From the IMG/VR virus record IMGVR_UViG_3300042527_000802, positions 1-64,000 of that record: DNA of 64,000 nt; one strand, written 5' to 3'. Source of the stretch: a virus. Below the pieces are notes generated by a model. It was not told where the DNA came from. It was given only the letters and a program-made list of their open reading frames with translations, and ran no database searches. A program made the translations under genes and the position numbers. The stretch's first letter is position 1. Every line of letters begins with the position of its first letter. This document shows positions 48,364 through 59,025 of the stretch, one piece after another.

Positions 48364-51300
48364 ATGATCATAAACTCCATAAAACTAGCTTTTACTTATG
48401 ATGGTGAAGAGCCATTACCTCTTATAGAAATACCAGATATTTCTAATTATGGTCTATATATAGACTATAACAACTTCATTAATGCTACATTAGCTATTTA
48501 TGGTACTCAAAGAGACGATGGAACTATACCAGTTTTTTGGACTAGGCTTAAAAATAATAATGATACTGCCAGAGAGGCCGATAGCAATAGCACATTAAAG
48601 GTTTTGATTCCAAACCATTCATATTATATTGTTTTAATAAATAACAATTTTTTACCATTAAAAATACCTAAAAATAATGGCGCAAAAGAATTTCTGGAAA
48701 TCATACCACCAGTAGCTAATTCGTTTGAAGCAGATTGCTTAGGGAATTTACAATTTACATCATCTTATAATAATAGATTTACATTGAATTATGCCAGTGG
48801 TAATCTTTTATTAATAGATCTTCCATTAACTGGATTATTATTTAATGAGCAATATACATATATTATTAATCCATTATTTTCTAATTGGCCCGCAAATCTA
48901 TCTAAAAAATCTGGAATACTAAAGCAGGATAATCCAAAAGATGCTCTAGGATTTGTATCAAGTAATATTAAAACCTTTTTTGAATATGAATCTTGTGACG
49001 ATATGTCAAAGTGTACTGGAAATATTCCATATGCTATGATAGAAACTAATAATGAATATTTTCAAAATAATATTTTTACATTATTAAATTTAGATATCTA
49101 TAAAAATACTACCAAAGTTTTATCAGATACTATAACTATTACATGTGATAACTGTTTTAATATTACTGATCAATCAATATTGCCAAAAGAATGTCCAGTA
49201 GTATCAGCGCCTTCAAAGATATATTTAAACAATAAAGAATATTATCAAAATTTTAGTATTAATTATGATAAGCTGGATCCAAACCAGACATACTCATATA
49301 AGTTTGCTTCCAAGGGCTCAAACTGGCCCCATAGAATAGATAAAGCTTCTGGCATTATATATCCTCAACAATTTTATATATCTACAGGACTATGTGAATG
49401 TAGTGGCCTTGATGTGAAATACGGGTCGGGACAGTTAGACTGTACAATAACTTTCTCTCCAGATCCAGATATAGATCCTAATTGGTCAAATCTAGCATAT
49501 AATTTAGATAACTATTATAATGAGTCTTTTGTTAAAAATAATATTTATTCTAATATAGAATTTGAATTAATAGGCTCTAATTGTAGTGGAAACAAAACAC
49601 AGATTGTAGCACTATGCGCCGACTGCCTACCGCTCACAAAAGACTGCATTAGTAATGCATATGTCAATATAAACAATACTAATACATCATATCCAGTAAA
49701 TTTTACTTATTTTAATAGACCTGGAGCAGAAATTAGTATAGATTATTCTTGCTCTAGTTTTGATCAACCTCTATATGTAGATATAAGTGGATTATGTTCT
49801 GGTGAATTATACGACTATATTTTTACTAGTTATCCTAATATAATTATAACACCAGCGACAGGATCTTTTGGATTCTATAATGGATTTGGTAGACTAGCCA
49901 TATTAGCTAATCTTGATTCGTACAAGACTTCATCTATTAATTTAAAGATTATACATAGAGAGTCTAATAAAAGTATTACTGATAGTATAATATTAAGAGC
50001 ATATGATTCATCATTACCTCCTCCACCAAATCCCTATTTATCGCCAACTCCAACTAAAACTAAAGCTCCAACACCTACACCTAGTATTAGCCAAACTCTG
50101 ACTCCTACTGTTACTCCTACAATAACCATAAGTCCCACAGTAAGTATTACACGCAGCGTTACTCCAACCCTAACTGTGAGTCAAACTATTAGTCCTACGG
50201 TGACTCCTACAATTAGTAGCAGTAGAACTCCAACTCCAACAGTTAGCGTCAGTCAAACAGTTACGCCTACGGTTAGTGTTAGTCAAACGGTTACGCCAAC
50301 AATTAGTAGCAGCAGAACTCCAACTCCAACAGTTAGTATTAGTCCAAGTATTAGTTTAACTCCAAGTAGCACTCCTACTATTACTCCTACTATAACAGTT
50401 ACTTGTAGCTTAACGCCAACAATAAGTATTACTCCGAGTATTACTACGACATCAACAGTTACTCCTACTGTAACTAAGACTTCAACAACTCCAACTCCAA
50501 CGCCAACAGTAACTCGTACTTCGCTAACTCCAACGCCAACAGTAACAGTAACAAAAACTAGTACTACTCCAACTCCAACAGTAACTAAAACATTAACAAT
50601 TACTCCAACAGCAACTAGCACACCAGCAGCTACTCCGACCGTTACGGTAACAAGAACATTAACTACAACTCCAACACCATCTCCGACAACAGAATTTACA
50701 GAATGTCCAGGATTCCCACCAAATGTTATACCAAATAATTGGTATTGTTGCCCAGACCAGCTTGGAGCAGCATTGACTTCTGAGTATTGCGGAGTTACAG
50801 GAGAAAACTATATACCTCTTTCCGGTATTAGATTATCTTCTGTTAATCTTTCTGCAGAATGTTTTACAACTAATGAGAGAAAATTTGATATAGTATTTTC
50901 TTATAATCCAACATGCAGTGATAGTTTTGAATATAGAACAAATGGGGCATACACTGGCTGGATGAATGTATTTTCTTCAGTTAAAACACATTGTAATAAT
51001 GTTAGCAAGACAATATTTGTGCCATCTGGTTCAACAGAAGCATGCTTCAGATTCTATACAGACCAATATAATTATTCAAATGAAATATGCGTACCCATAA
51101 CTCCATGTGAGCCTAGAACAACTGGAGTTTTACCAATAATATGTTCTACTGGCGATGTTAGACAAATTAGAGTAATGTACAGTGATATGGATGGCCCATG
51201 CCCAGGAGGACATTTCTGCGGCAGAGCAAACTTTGATTTATATATTAATGATAATAATATTGGAATTGTTAATCTTAACAACGACGGTGGATCCTGCGAC

Positions 51301-51954
51301 AATGGTGTTCCAAATTTTGTAGATTTCCCCAGCATGGTAAATACTGGACTAAATGATAGAGCAGTTACGTTCTCTATATCAGAAAATAGTATATATCCAG
51401 TGGCATTAGAAATTGGACAAACAGGATACAAGATTAATCTAGAATGCAGACCAAACTGTGGCGAAGAGTGCGGTCAATGGATGTGGTGTGGTGTTGGTGT
51501 TAGTGGATTAGATGGCCCAGAACCTTGTCAGACATTGACAGAAGGAACAATTGTTGGCAGTAATCCTCCACTCACTTGCTCTGATTTAGAAATTTTATGT
51601 CCAGAATTTTATCAGCCTGAATCATGTAGCGTTGTAGGAGATGGAACTTATTGCTATAGCGAATATAATTGTTGCGCCCAGCAAAATGCAGTATATCCAT
51701 ACGATGATGGCTATGTACCAGTTGGTTGTCATCTTGGTATAGCATGGATAGAATTATTAGACATAGATGATAATATACTATTCAGTAGTTGCGTACCAAA
51801 TGATCAAATTTCATACATTATCGCAGATGCCACAAGTGATCTATGCAATCCCTGCTATTCTAATGTCATAGAAATTGATATAAATTTATGCGATAATCTT
51901 TGCTATAGTAATATAGTGACACAAGATTTAAATGATTGTTCAGGAATAATTTAA
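48364..51954 (+). CDS. Large surface protein: repeated beta-sandwich-like modules, Thr/Pro stalk, Cys/His-rich C-terminal domain
   Basis: SNWP repeats; about 215 aa of Thr/Pro repeats; PCPGGHFC...GCHLG. Confidence 0.7.
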   Translation: MIINSIKLAFTYDGEEPLPLIEIPDISNYGLYIDYNNFINATLAIYGTQRDDGTIPVFWTRLKNNNDTAREADSNSTLKVLIPNHSYYIVLINNNFLPLKIPKNNGAKEFLEIIPPVANSFEADCLGNLQFTSSYNNRFTLNYASGNLLLIDLPLTGLLFNEQYTYIINPLFSNWPANLSKKSGILKQDNPKDALGFVSSNIKTFFEYESCDDMSKCTGNIPYAMIETNNEYFQNNIFTLLNLDIYKNTTKVLSDTITITCDNCFNITDQSILPKECPVVSAPSKIYLNNKEYYQNFSINYDKLDPNQTYSYKFASKGSNWPHRIDKASGIIYPQQFYISTGLCECSGLDVKYGSGQLDCTITFSPDPDIDPNWSNLAYNLDNYYNESFVKNNIYSNIEFELIGSNCSGNKTQIVALCADCLPLTKDCISNAYVNINNTNTSYPVNFTYFNRPGAEISIDYSCSSFDQPLYVDISGLCSGELYDYIFTSYPNIIITPATGSFGFYNGFGRLAILANLDSYKTSSINLKIIHRESNKSITDSIILRAYDSSLPPPPNPYLSPTPTKTKAPTPTPSISQTLTPTVTPTITISPTVSITRSVTPTLTVSQTISPTVTPTISSSRTPTPTVSVSQTVTPTVSVSQTVTPTISSSRTPTPTVSISPSISLTPSSTPTITPTITVTCSLTPTISITPSITTTSTVTPTVTKTSTTPTPTPTVTRTSLTPTPTVTVTKTSTTPTPTVTKTLTITPTATSTPAATPTVTVTRTLTTTPTPSPTTEFTECPGFPPNVIPNNWYCCPDQLGAALTSEYCGVTGENYIPLSGIRLSSVNLSAECFTTNERKFDIVFSYNPTCSDSFEYRTNGAYTGWMNVFSSVKTHCNNVSKTIFVPSGSTEACFRFYTDQYNYSNEICVPITPCEPRTTGVLPIICSTGDVRQIRVMYSDMDGPCPGGHFCGRANFDLYINDNNIGIVNLNNDGGSCDNGVPNFVDFPSMVNTGLNDRAVTFSISENSIYPVALEIGQTGYKINLECRPNCGEECGQWMWCGVGVSGLDGPEPCQTLTEGTIVGSNPPLTCSDLEILCPEFYQPESCSVVGDGTYCYSEYNCCAQQNAVYPYDDGYVPVGCHLGIAWIELLDIDDNILFSSCVPNDQISYIIADATSDLCNPCYSNVIEIDINLCDNLCYSNIVTQDLNDCSGII
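50041..50691 (+). repeat. Thr/Pro/Ser-rich mucin-like coding repeat
   Basis: Includes a near-identical 90-bp-period duplication (TPTISSSRTPTPTVS at about 50206 and 50296). Confidence 0.9.
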
Positions 51955-51968
51955 AAAGGTAGTTAACT

Positions 51969-54900
51969 ATGGTATTTATCTCTGGAAATAATAGTGTTAA
52001 TTATAAAGAAACTGCAAACTGGAATGGTATCACTATCGGTGGTAATTTAACTAGTGTTGGTACTAATGGTGGCGTTAGTGCTTACGGAACCAGAGATCAA
52101 GCAGGACAAGTGTGGGAATGGACAGAAGAAAATAGTTTGATGGGTGGATCTTTTAATAGCTTAAACGTTAATGATATATCAAAATATGGATATAGAACAT
52201 CAACAACAGGCACAGTTTCTTCTAATATTGGATTTAGATTAACAAATAAAAATAATAATAATTCTTTTAGTAATTTTGTTGGTATAGGAAATAGCGGTAA
52301 TCTTAGTGATACTGATGCTGTTGGAGGTAAATATCTTGGACAAATAAATTATAATTATCATATAATGATCAATCCTTTAACAAATGCAGAATATGTAAGA
52401 TTTTTAAATGTAGTTGATCCTAGCGGATTAAATAGTAATAAATTATATAATACAAATATGACCACAAATGCAAGAGGTGGCATAGGATATACTAGCACAA
52501 ATACTATTGGTAATAAATACTATAGTAAAATTTATTTTAATAATAAACCAGTAAATTTTGTAAATTGGAAAAATACTGCTATGATATGCAACTGGCTTCA
52601 CAATGGATCTGGTACAAATAGCAGTTTATATAGTGGAGTTTATGATCTTAATAGCAATCCAATAGTTAGAAATATAAATGCTACGTATGCCATAGCAAAT
52701 GAAAATGAGTGGTACAAAGCAGCTTACTACAATCCCGATTCTTTATCATATAATTTATATGCAACACAATATAACACTGAACCATGTGCTGTTAATGATA
52801 TAGGATGTGCTACTGTTAATGCTTATGGAGATGGGGGGATTGTTAATGATTTGCCACCAGCATCTCCAACGCCAACAGTAACTCCTACTCCAACTCAGAC
52901 ACCAACAATCACACCTACAGTCACTCCTACCCTGACTGTCAATATTTCATCAACACCAACAGTAACTCCAACACAAACTCCAACTATTACAATAACAAGT
53001 AGCATTACTCCTACTAGATCAATAACTCCCACGAATACCCCAACAATATCGATTACCTCTACAAAAACTAATACCCCGACACCTACTGTCACTAAAACTC
53101 AGACACCAACTCAAACAGTTACAAAAACTGCTACTCCAACAAGAACAGTCACCAGAACAGTAACTTCAACACCTACTGTCACTGCGACGAATACTCCAAC
53201 AATTTCTATAACACCTAGCATAACACCAAGCGTATCCTCAACGCCATCCGGAGAAATTCCAGAAAATCCATTATATATTCAAAAAAGATATTCTATCAAA
53301 AAATATCCAGATAATGCATTAGAGCCGCTAAATCTAATAAATGGTCCACAATCAGACTCTCAACTTGATCCATCGGTTCTTGACTGGAAAAACTTTATTC
53401 AAAATATTTCTACAATATTCAGTTTAGAAGACAATAATAATAGACTACAATTTTCAACAATATCTAGCGGCCTCGTTGCTTATCCAAATACTGATTCTTC
53501 TTTAAAGTTTTTAAATCCAGGAGAATCTTATTATTTTATTACAAAATCTGAAGCAAATTATCCTATAAAACTTCCAGTTATTGTTCATAGTAGATCAAAA
53601 TATATTTCTGATAATATCAAAAATGAATTAACTAAAATAGGTGTTGTTGGTTCCAATCTAGAGGCATTATTAAAAAATGCTCATATATCATATAGTGTTG
53701 CTATAGATGTATTACAAAAAGATATAGCTATATATGAAAAATCATCAGTTGATATTAAAACAATATTATTAGCTAAATCATTATTAGAACAATTAAAAGA
53801 AGAATATCTAAAATTTGGATCTGATTGTATATCTTTAGTACAAATGCAAAATGGATCATATGAATGGAATATAGATAATATTAGTATAAAGATTTTTGAT
53901 TCAGAATACACCGTATCTGTTTTAGACAATAAAAACAATATAGTATACATTAATGATGATAAAAAACTAGTTGTTCCATTGAACATACAAATTGGCAATC
54001 TTCCAACAAATAAAACATTTAGTTATGATTTTAAACTAGTTGGTGGCTCAGAGACATGTGATTCTATAGTGCCAAATAGCGGATACTTTACAACAATCAA
54101 AGATACTTATAATTTAAATACCATATTTCAATTTTGTAAAAATATTGACCACGATAACACAGATATTAGTTATGCCCAGATGGACCTTACTATTGCTCCA
54201 GTTAATAATGATATTATTGGAAATACTGCAAACTATAAGAATTTAGCAAAATGGGGCGATAGTGATAAAGGTGGTCTTACAACAGTAGGATCTAATGGCC
54301 GAGCAAATTATTATGGTTTATATGATATTAGTGGACAACTATATGAATGGCTAGAAAACAGCGACATAAATAATCCTAATCTAAGAATAGTTAGAGGTGG
54401 ATGCTACTTAGATACTAATTCTTATAGCCTAAGTAAAAATAATAGAAAAGCATTTTACTTTAATAGCACACTAAAAGAAGGTATTTTTGGTTTCAGAATT
54501 GCTAGTAAAAATAATTTATTAAATCTAAGCGGATTTAGTGAGATAGCGCTGTTAGTTAATCCAAACGACGATTGTTTGATTTCGAATTATGGTAGAGTTA
54601 TGTACAAATATTATATATCTACTAATCTAGTAACTAATCAAGAATATATTAATTATCTAAATATTGTTGATCCACAAGGTCACAATACACATAAGATATA
54701 TGATTCAAAAATGTCATCTAGTAGTATTGGAGGTATAGAACTCAAATTGTGCAATGATATTGGCAATAAATATGTGGTTAAAAATAATATGGGCAATAAA
54801 CCAGTAACCTTTATTACATGGTTAATGGTAGCAAAATATTGCAACTGGCTACATAATGATAGATATGCTAATGCTGATTTATATGATGGAGCATACAATC

Positions 54901-56756
54901 TATCCAATGCGCAAATATCAAGATCAAATGATGCCAAGTATTTTATACCAAATGAAAACGAATGGTACAAAGCCGCGTATTATGATCTTACAAAAGATAA
55001 TAATGTTGGCGGGTATTGGACATATGGAACCGCATCAGATGATGAGCCGAAAGCTATTTTAGCTAATGATACTGGAAATGCCATTAATGTTGAAGGATAT
55101 TTTGACAGTAGAAAAATAGTATCTATTATGTTACAAAGAGACAATACAAAATCATTTATCACAATACCCAAAGAATGTTGCGAAATTTCTAGCCTATATG
55201 CTACTAGAAGCACTAGCGAATTAAACAATACATATATAATCACAGCAGATTTAATCAATTTAATACCAAATCAAAAATATGAATATAATTTTAGTTCTAT
55301 GTTTTCTAATTGGCCCGCTAATATAGAACAAATATCCGGAATAATATACCCACAGTCTACAACACATCAAATTAACAATATTTTAAAGTTTTGCCCTAAA
55401 TATTTAAATAATAGTAATATTGATTGTGATTATAATTTATCTTTTAATGCATTAAATAATGCCCCATATTTAGATCATATTAATAATAATGCAAATATAA
55501 ATCTTGAATTAATAGTAAAGCATACAGGATGTCTAGACAGCAGAAAGAGTACCAGCATATCAACAACTGTATCAGACGAAGCTGGAATACCATCTATTAA
55601 ATATAATGATTTTATTATTCCAAAAATTTTAACATCAATAATAAGTCCAAATACTATATCTTTAGAAGGCCCATTATGTTCTGAACCAATACCTATTATT
55701 GTAGAAGTAACTAATGCCACACCAGGTTCTGAATATACTTTTACATTTAGCAACTCTAATAATAGCGTTATTGTTTATCCAAATATTATTACTAAATCTT
55801 TCGGAAGCAATATTGGGAAAGTTACAACACTAGTATATCTAAATAATGTATCATACAATATACTTTCTGTTGATGTTTCAAAAAATGGATTACCATATAC
55901 TGTTGGAGATAAAATCAGCATTAAATGTTTGCAAGAGTGCGTGACTGTATCACCAACTCCAACTCCTAGTATATCGCCCACTTCGGTTACTAGGACTCCA
56001 ACTAGAACCCCAACTCCTACTCCAACTATTACAACCAGTGTTACAGTAACTCCTACTGTTAGCTTGAGTGTAAGTTCAACGCTTACTCCAACGCCAAGCA
56101 TAACAACAAGTATAACCCCCACATGTTCTATAACACAATCTATAACACCAACAATTACAAGGACACCAACTGTTACTCCAACAATATGCCAGTTCTCCAA
56201 TTGCGATACTGGATATGTTGTTGATCCAGAATCATGTGCTTGCGTTCCAGAGCCTACTAGTACAATTGTTCCTAGTCCAACACCACCAAAAGTTCCGTGT
56301 GAACCTTCATCAGATCCAGTAGTATTAAATGGATATGCCTTTTATAAAGACGCTATGGGATCAGAAACAATTCCAGGAGTTGGTTCTGTTAGTTCGCCAT
56401 GTGCTGGAGGTCATATATGCAACCGCACAGACTTTATGCCTAAATTAGTGACTAGTGGAGGTACTATATTGTCTAGCAATGCTATTTCCATGAATAATGG
56501 ATCAACTGGTGGCGATGTATCTGATACATTCTCATTTACGATTAATGATCCAACAGTATTTAATAATCAAGTAGACATAACCTTAGAATGCTTAACCAGT
56601 GGCGGTTGTCACAATGGAGTAACATGGGTAATACTAACTTGGACTGATCCAGTAACAAGCTCATCCTATATAGTATTTAATGACTGCGTTGTACCTGGAT
56701 CATTAGATGGTATCTCTATAGAATGCAGTGACTATACTGATTATACCGAGGAATAA
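51969..56756 (+). CDS. Large surface protein: two permuted FGE-like domains, two Thr/Pro stalks, Cys/His-rich C-terminal domain
   Basis: Permuted FGE at about 51987-52835 and 54222-55082; TP repeats; PCAGGHIC...GCHNG. Confidence 0.75.
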   Translation: MVFISGNNSVNYKETANWNGITIGGNLTSVGTNGGVSAYGTRDQAGQVWEWTEENSLMGGSFNSLNVNDISKYGYRTSTTGTVSSNIGFRLTNKNNNNSFSNFVGIGNSGNLSDTDAVGGKYLGQINYNYHIMINPLTNAEYVRFLNVVDPSGLNSNKLYNTNMTTNARGGIGYTSTNTIGNKYYSKIYFNNKPVNFVNWKNTAMICNWLHNGSGTNSSLYSGVYDLNSNPIVRNINATYAIANENEWYKAAYYNPDSLSYNLYATQYNTEPCAVNDIGCATVNAYGDGGIVNDLPPASPTPTVTPTPTQTPTITPTVTPTLTVNISSTPTVTPTQTPTITITSSITPTRSITPTNTPTISITSTKTNTPTPTVTKTQTPTQTVTKTATPTRTVTRTVTSTPTVTATNTPTISITPSITPSVSSTPSGEIPENPLYIQKRYSIKKYPDNALEPLNLINGPQSDSQLDPSVLDWKNFIQNISTIFSLEDNNNRLQFSTISSGLVAYPNTDSSLKFLNPGESYYFITKSEANYPIKLPVIVHSRSKYISDNIKNELTKIGVVGSNLEALLKNAHISYSVAIDVLQKDIAIYEKSSVDIKTILLAKSLLEQLKEEYLKFGSDCISLVQMQNGSYEWNIDNISIKIFDSEYTVSVLDNKNNIVYINDDKKLVVPLNIQIGNLPTNKTFSYDFKLVGGSETCDSIVPNSGYFTTIKDTYNLNTIFQFCKNIDHDNTDISYAQMDLTIAPVNNDIIGNTANYKNLAKWGDSDKGGLTTVGSNGRANYYGLYDISGQLYEWLENSDINNPNLRIVRGGCYLDTNSYSLSKNNRKAFYFNSTLKEGIFGFRIASKNNLLNLSGFSEIALLVNPNDDCLISNYGRVMYKYYISTNLVTNQEYINYLNIVDPQGHNTHKIYDSKMSSSSIGGIELKLCNDIGNKYVVKNNMGNKPVTFITWLMVAKYCNWLHNDRYANADLYDGAYNLSNAQISRSNDAKYFIPNENEWYKAAYYDLTKDNNVGGYWTYGTASDDEPKAILANDTGNAINVEGYFDSRKIVSIMLQRDNTKSFITIPKECCEISSLYATRSTSELNNTYIITADLINLIPNQKYEYNFSSMFSNWPANIEQISGIIYPQSTTHQINNILKFCPKYLNNSNIDCDYNLSFNALNNAPYLDHINNNANINLELIVKHTGCLDSRKSTSISTTVSDEAGIPSIKYNDFIIPKILTSIISPNTISLEGPLCSEPIPIIVEVTNATPGSEYTFTFSNSNNSVIVYPNIITKSFGSNIGKVTTLVYLNNVSYNILSVDVSKNGLPYTVGDKISIKCLQECVTVSPTPTPSISPTSVTRTPTRTPTPTPTITTSVTVTPTVSLSVSSTLTPTPSITTSITPTCSITQSITPTITRTPTVTPTICQFSNCDTGYVVDPESCACVPEPTSTIVPSPTPPKVPCEPSSDPVVLNGYAFYKDAMGSETIPGVGSVSSPCAGGHICNRTDFMPKLVTSGGTILSSNAISMNNGSTGGDVSDTFSFTINDPTVFNNQVDITLECLTSGGCHNGVTWVILTWTDPVTSSSYIVFNDCVVPGSLDGISIECSDYTDYTEE
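52863..53249 (+). repeat. Thr/Pro-rich coding repeat
   Basis: (TPT/TVT/TIT)n. Confidence 0.9.
55944..56185 (+). repeat. Thr/Pro-rich coding repeat
   Basis: (TPT/SIT)n. Confidence 0.9.
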
Positions 56757-56774
56757 ATAATCAATAAATCAAAT

Positions 56775-56784
56775 GGTGTATAAT
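56775..56784 (+). promoter_or_regulatory. Candidate late-promoter motif GGTGTATAAT
   Basis: Intergenic, 36 nt upstream of ATG 56811. Confidence 0.5.
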
Positions 56785-56810
56785 TTTATATCTTTAACCA
56801 AGGGAATATT

Positions 56811-58187
56811 ATGGCTAATGAAATATTAACTATTGATTCATTAAAAGATATAAATACAATCAATATTATATGCTCTACACAACAAAATGGCCAATCTTCA
56901 ATTAGACTTGTAAGAGATAATTATCCTGGTAATTTAACTATAGAAGAGATACAATCAAAATTTATAGATAGATTTGACGAAATAAGATACTATACTGTTT
57001 GCAGTGGTTTTGCTCCGCCAAATATATTGATTACGCCAACTCCAACAAGAACCCCAACAAGAACACCCACTGGCACTCCAGTAGCGCCAACTCCTACTCC
57101 AACAATAAGTATTACTCCAACCATTAGTTTGACCCCAACTAGGACATCTACTATTACTCCAACTCCAACTGTTACTAGTACCAATACTCCAACTCCAAGT
57201 ATCACACCATCTACCAATGCTAGTACTTCAACACCAACACCATCAATAACTTCAACAGCCACGCCAACACCATCTATAACTCCAACAAAGACAATAACTC
57301 CAACGCCCACAACATCTTATGGAGCATTACAACCTTTAACCAGTAATACTGCTAATTTCAATAATTGTGCTGATTGGAATTCTTTAGATGGTAATGTAAC
57401 AACAGTTGGTACAAATGGAATAGCATCACCATACGGTATATATGATTTGAATGGTAATGTTTGGGAGTGGACAGAAGCGATAGTATCTAGCAATAGAGTA
57501 TTAAGAGGTGGAGCATACTCAACTCCAGATACCCTCTTCTTATCTTCTTCATATAGAGGAAATAATGATCCTAATACAACATTAGCTAGATATGGTTTTA
57601 GAGTTGCTAGTATTGACGATCCAAATAATTTAAATACATTTAGCGATATTGCAGATATTAATAATAATGCCGATCTTAACGGTTATGGCTCAGTGTCTTA
57701 CGAATATAAAATGTCTACTAATTTAATTACAAATAATGACTATGTTGAATTTTTAAATAGCATAGCATCAACAGATGCATATTCAGTATTTGCAAATGAA
57801 ATGGATAGCGACCCAAGATCGGGCATATCCAGAGCAGGATCTGGTAACTATACATATTCTATTAGATCCAATATGGGTAATAAGCCCGTTAATTTAGTTA
57901 ATTGGTATAATGCAGCCAGATATTGCAATTGGCTTCATAATGGCAAGCCATCAGGTGTACAAGATAATAATACTACAGAAAATGGCGCATATCAATTGAT
58001 CGGAAGTAGCGGATCTCCTACTAGAGATTTTGGGGCAAAATATTTCTTGCCAAGCGAAAACGAGTGGTACAAAGCGGCATTCTATAAGAGCATAGGCAGT
58101 TCAGCAGGATACTGGGCATACGCCACACGATCAGATTCTGCACCAAATTGTATTTCAGCAACCTCCACAGGAAATGGAACATTATAA
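56811..58187 (+). CDS. Anchor module + Thr/Pro stalk + C-terminal circularly permuted FGE-like domain
   Basis: N-terminal about 65 aa paralogous to ORF 58447; TP repeat; YGIYDLNGNVWEW..RGG..GFRVAS precedes [25 protein letters not shown]. Confidence 0.8.
   Translation: MANEILTIDSLKDINTINIICSTQQNGQSSIRLVRDNYPGNLTIEEIQSKFIDRFDEIRYYTVCSGFAPPNILITPTPTRTPTRTPTGTPVAPTPTPTISITPTISLTPTRTSTITPTPTVTSTNTPTPSITPSTNASTSTPTPSITSTATPTPSITPTKTITPTPTTSYGALQPLTSNTANFNNCADWNSLDGNVTTVGTNGIASPYGIYDLNGNVWEWTEAIVSSNRVLRGGAYSTPDTLFLSSSYRGNNDPNTTLARYGFRVASIDDPNNLNTFSDIADINNNADLNGYGSVSYEYKMSTNLITNNDYVEFLNSIASTDAYSVFANEMDSDPRSGISRAGSGNYTYSIRSNMGNKPVNLVNWYNAARYCNWLHNGKPSGVQDNNTTENGAYQLIGSSGSPTRDFGAKYFLPSENEWYKAAFYKSIGSSAGYWAYATRSDSAPNCISATSTGNGTL
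57033..57316 (+). repeat. Thr/Pro-rich coding repeat
   Basis: (TPTPSIT)n-type units. Confidence 0.9.
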
Positions 58188-58435
58188 TGAGCGCAAATTT
58201 TACTTTAATTTCAGAAATAACACTAAATAATTATATTGCAAAAATTTATAGATTTGATACAACGGCTTCGTATGTTGACCAATCCACAATAGATGCTGCT
58301 ACCCCAAACCTCAATGCTCAACAATATCCAAGTGAAATAGTTGAATTATTGCAGGTTTTATTAGGAGTATCTAAAATAGAAATTTATAACAAATCAAATG
58401 GTTTGTTAATTAGTAGTGGCGTTCTTGTAGAATAA
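58187..58435 (+). CDS. Small hypothetical protein
   Basis: TAATG overlap with upstream stop; start reassigned. Confidence 0.55.
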   Translation: MSANFTLISEITLNNYIAKIYRFDTTASYVDQSTIDAATPNLNAQQYPSEIVELLQVLLGVSKIEIYNKSNGLLISSGVLVE

Positions 58436-58446
58436 AGGGCACAAAT

Positions 58447-58647
58447 ATGGCAACAGATATTATAGCAATAGACACAGATAAAGATACCAATACAATAAGT
58501 ATAACTTGTTCAACATCCCTCACAGGATACTCTGCTAAAAGAACCACACTAGCAGATGCTCCAGTTGACCAACAAATACAAAACATAGAATCTAAGTTTG
58601 ATGATAAATTTGATGATCCAGTATATTATTTTGACGATTGTCAATAA
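58447..58647 (+). CDS. Small protein paralogous to the N-terminal module of ORF 56811
   Basis: MA.(D/E)I..ID..KD.NTI.I.CST...G.S..R......P....I..I.SKF.D.FD...YY..C shared. Confidence 0.7.
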   Translation: MATDIIAIDTDKDTNTISITCSTSLTGYSAKRTTLADAPVDQQIQNIESKFDDKFDDPVYYFDDCQ

Positions 58648-58659
58648 TAGGAATATAAT

Positions 58660-59016
58660 ATGATTAAGCCTGCGTATAGAACTAGTGAATTTTGGTTTAC
58701 ATTAGTTAGCTTTTTATTTAGTGGATTATATTTGATTGGATTATTTGGAGAGGACGCCCAACAAAAAGAAGATCTTATTAGAGATGTAAGCCATGGCGTT
58801 GAAAGTGTTATATTAATTAGTGGACAAATAGCAATATTATGGAAATATGTTAATAGTAGAAAAGAAATTAAAAAAACTTGGTGGAGTACGGCATCAGAAC
58901 AAGAAAGACTAGAAGCATCCAAAAGGTTTCACAAAACTAAACCGCCAAGCACAGAAACAACTCAGATCAAACCCAAAACAGCCAAGAAAAAAGCTAAGCC
59001 AAAACCAAAAAAGTAA
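58660..59016 (+). CDS. Two-TM holin-like membrane protein with basic tail
   Basis: KPAYRTSEFW start, two hydrophobic helices, Lys-rich C-terminus. Confidence 0.55.
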   Translation: MIKPAYRTSEFWFTLVSFLFSGLYLIGLFGEDAQQKEDLIRDVSHGVESVILISGQIAILWKYVNSRKEIKKTWWSTASEQERLEASKRFHKTKPPSTETTQIKPKTAKKKAKPKPKK

Positions 59017-59025
59017 TCAATTTTT

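Noticed and set aside
48345-48401. Short ORF MANIYNYDHKLHKTSFYL overlapping the start of ORF 48364
   Set aside because: 18 codons, no clear SD or recognisable features; cannot be supported
11239-57310. Minus-strand Val/Gly-rich ORFs (11239-11577, 50283-50621, 52895-53092, 55775-56200, 56990-57310)
   Set aside because: Antisense shadows of Thr/Pro codon repeats, which lack reverse-strand stops
45860-58187. Diversity-generating retroelement acting on the FGE/CLec domains
   Set aside because: No reverse transcriptase and no near-identical TR/VR pair with adenine-specific mismatches seen in this window; the copies are broadly diverged. A DGR elsewhere in the genome cannot be excluded.
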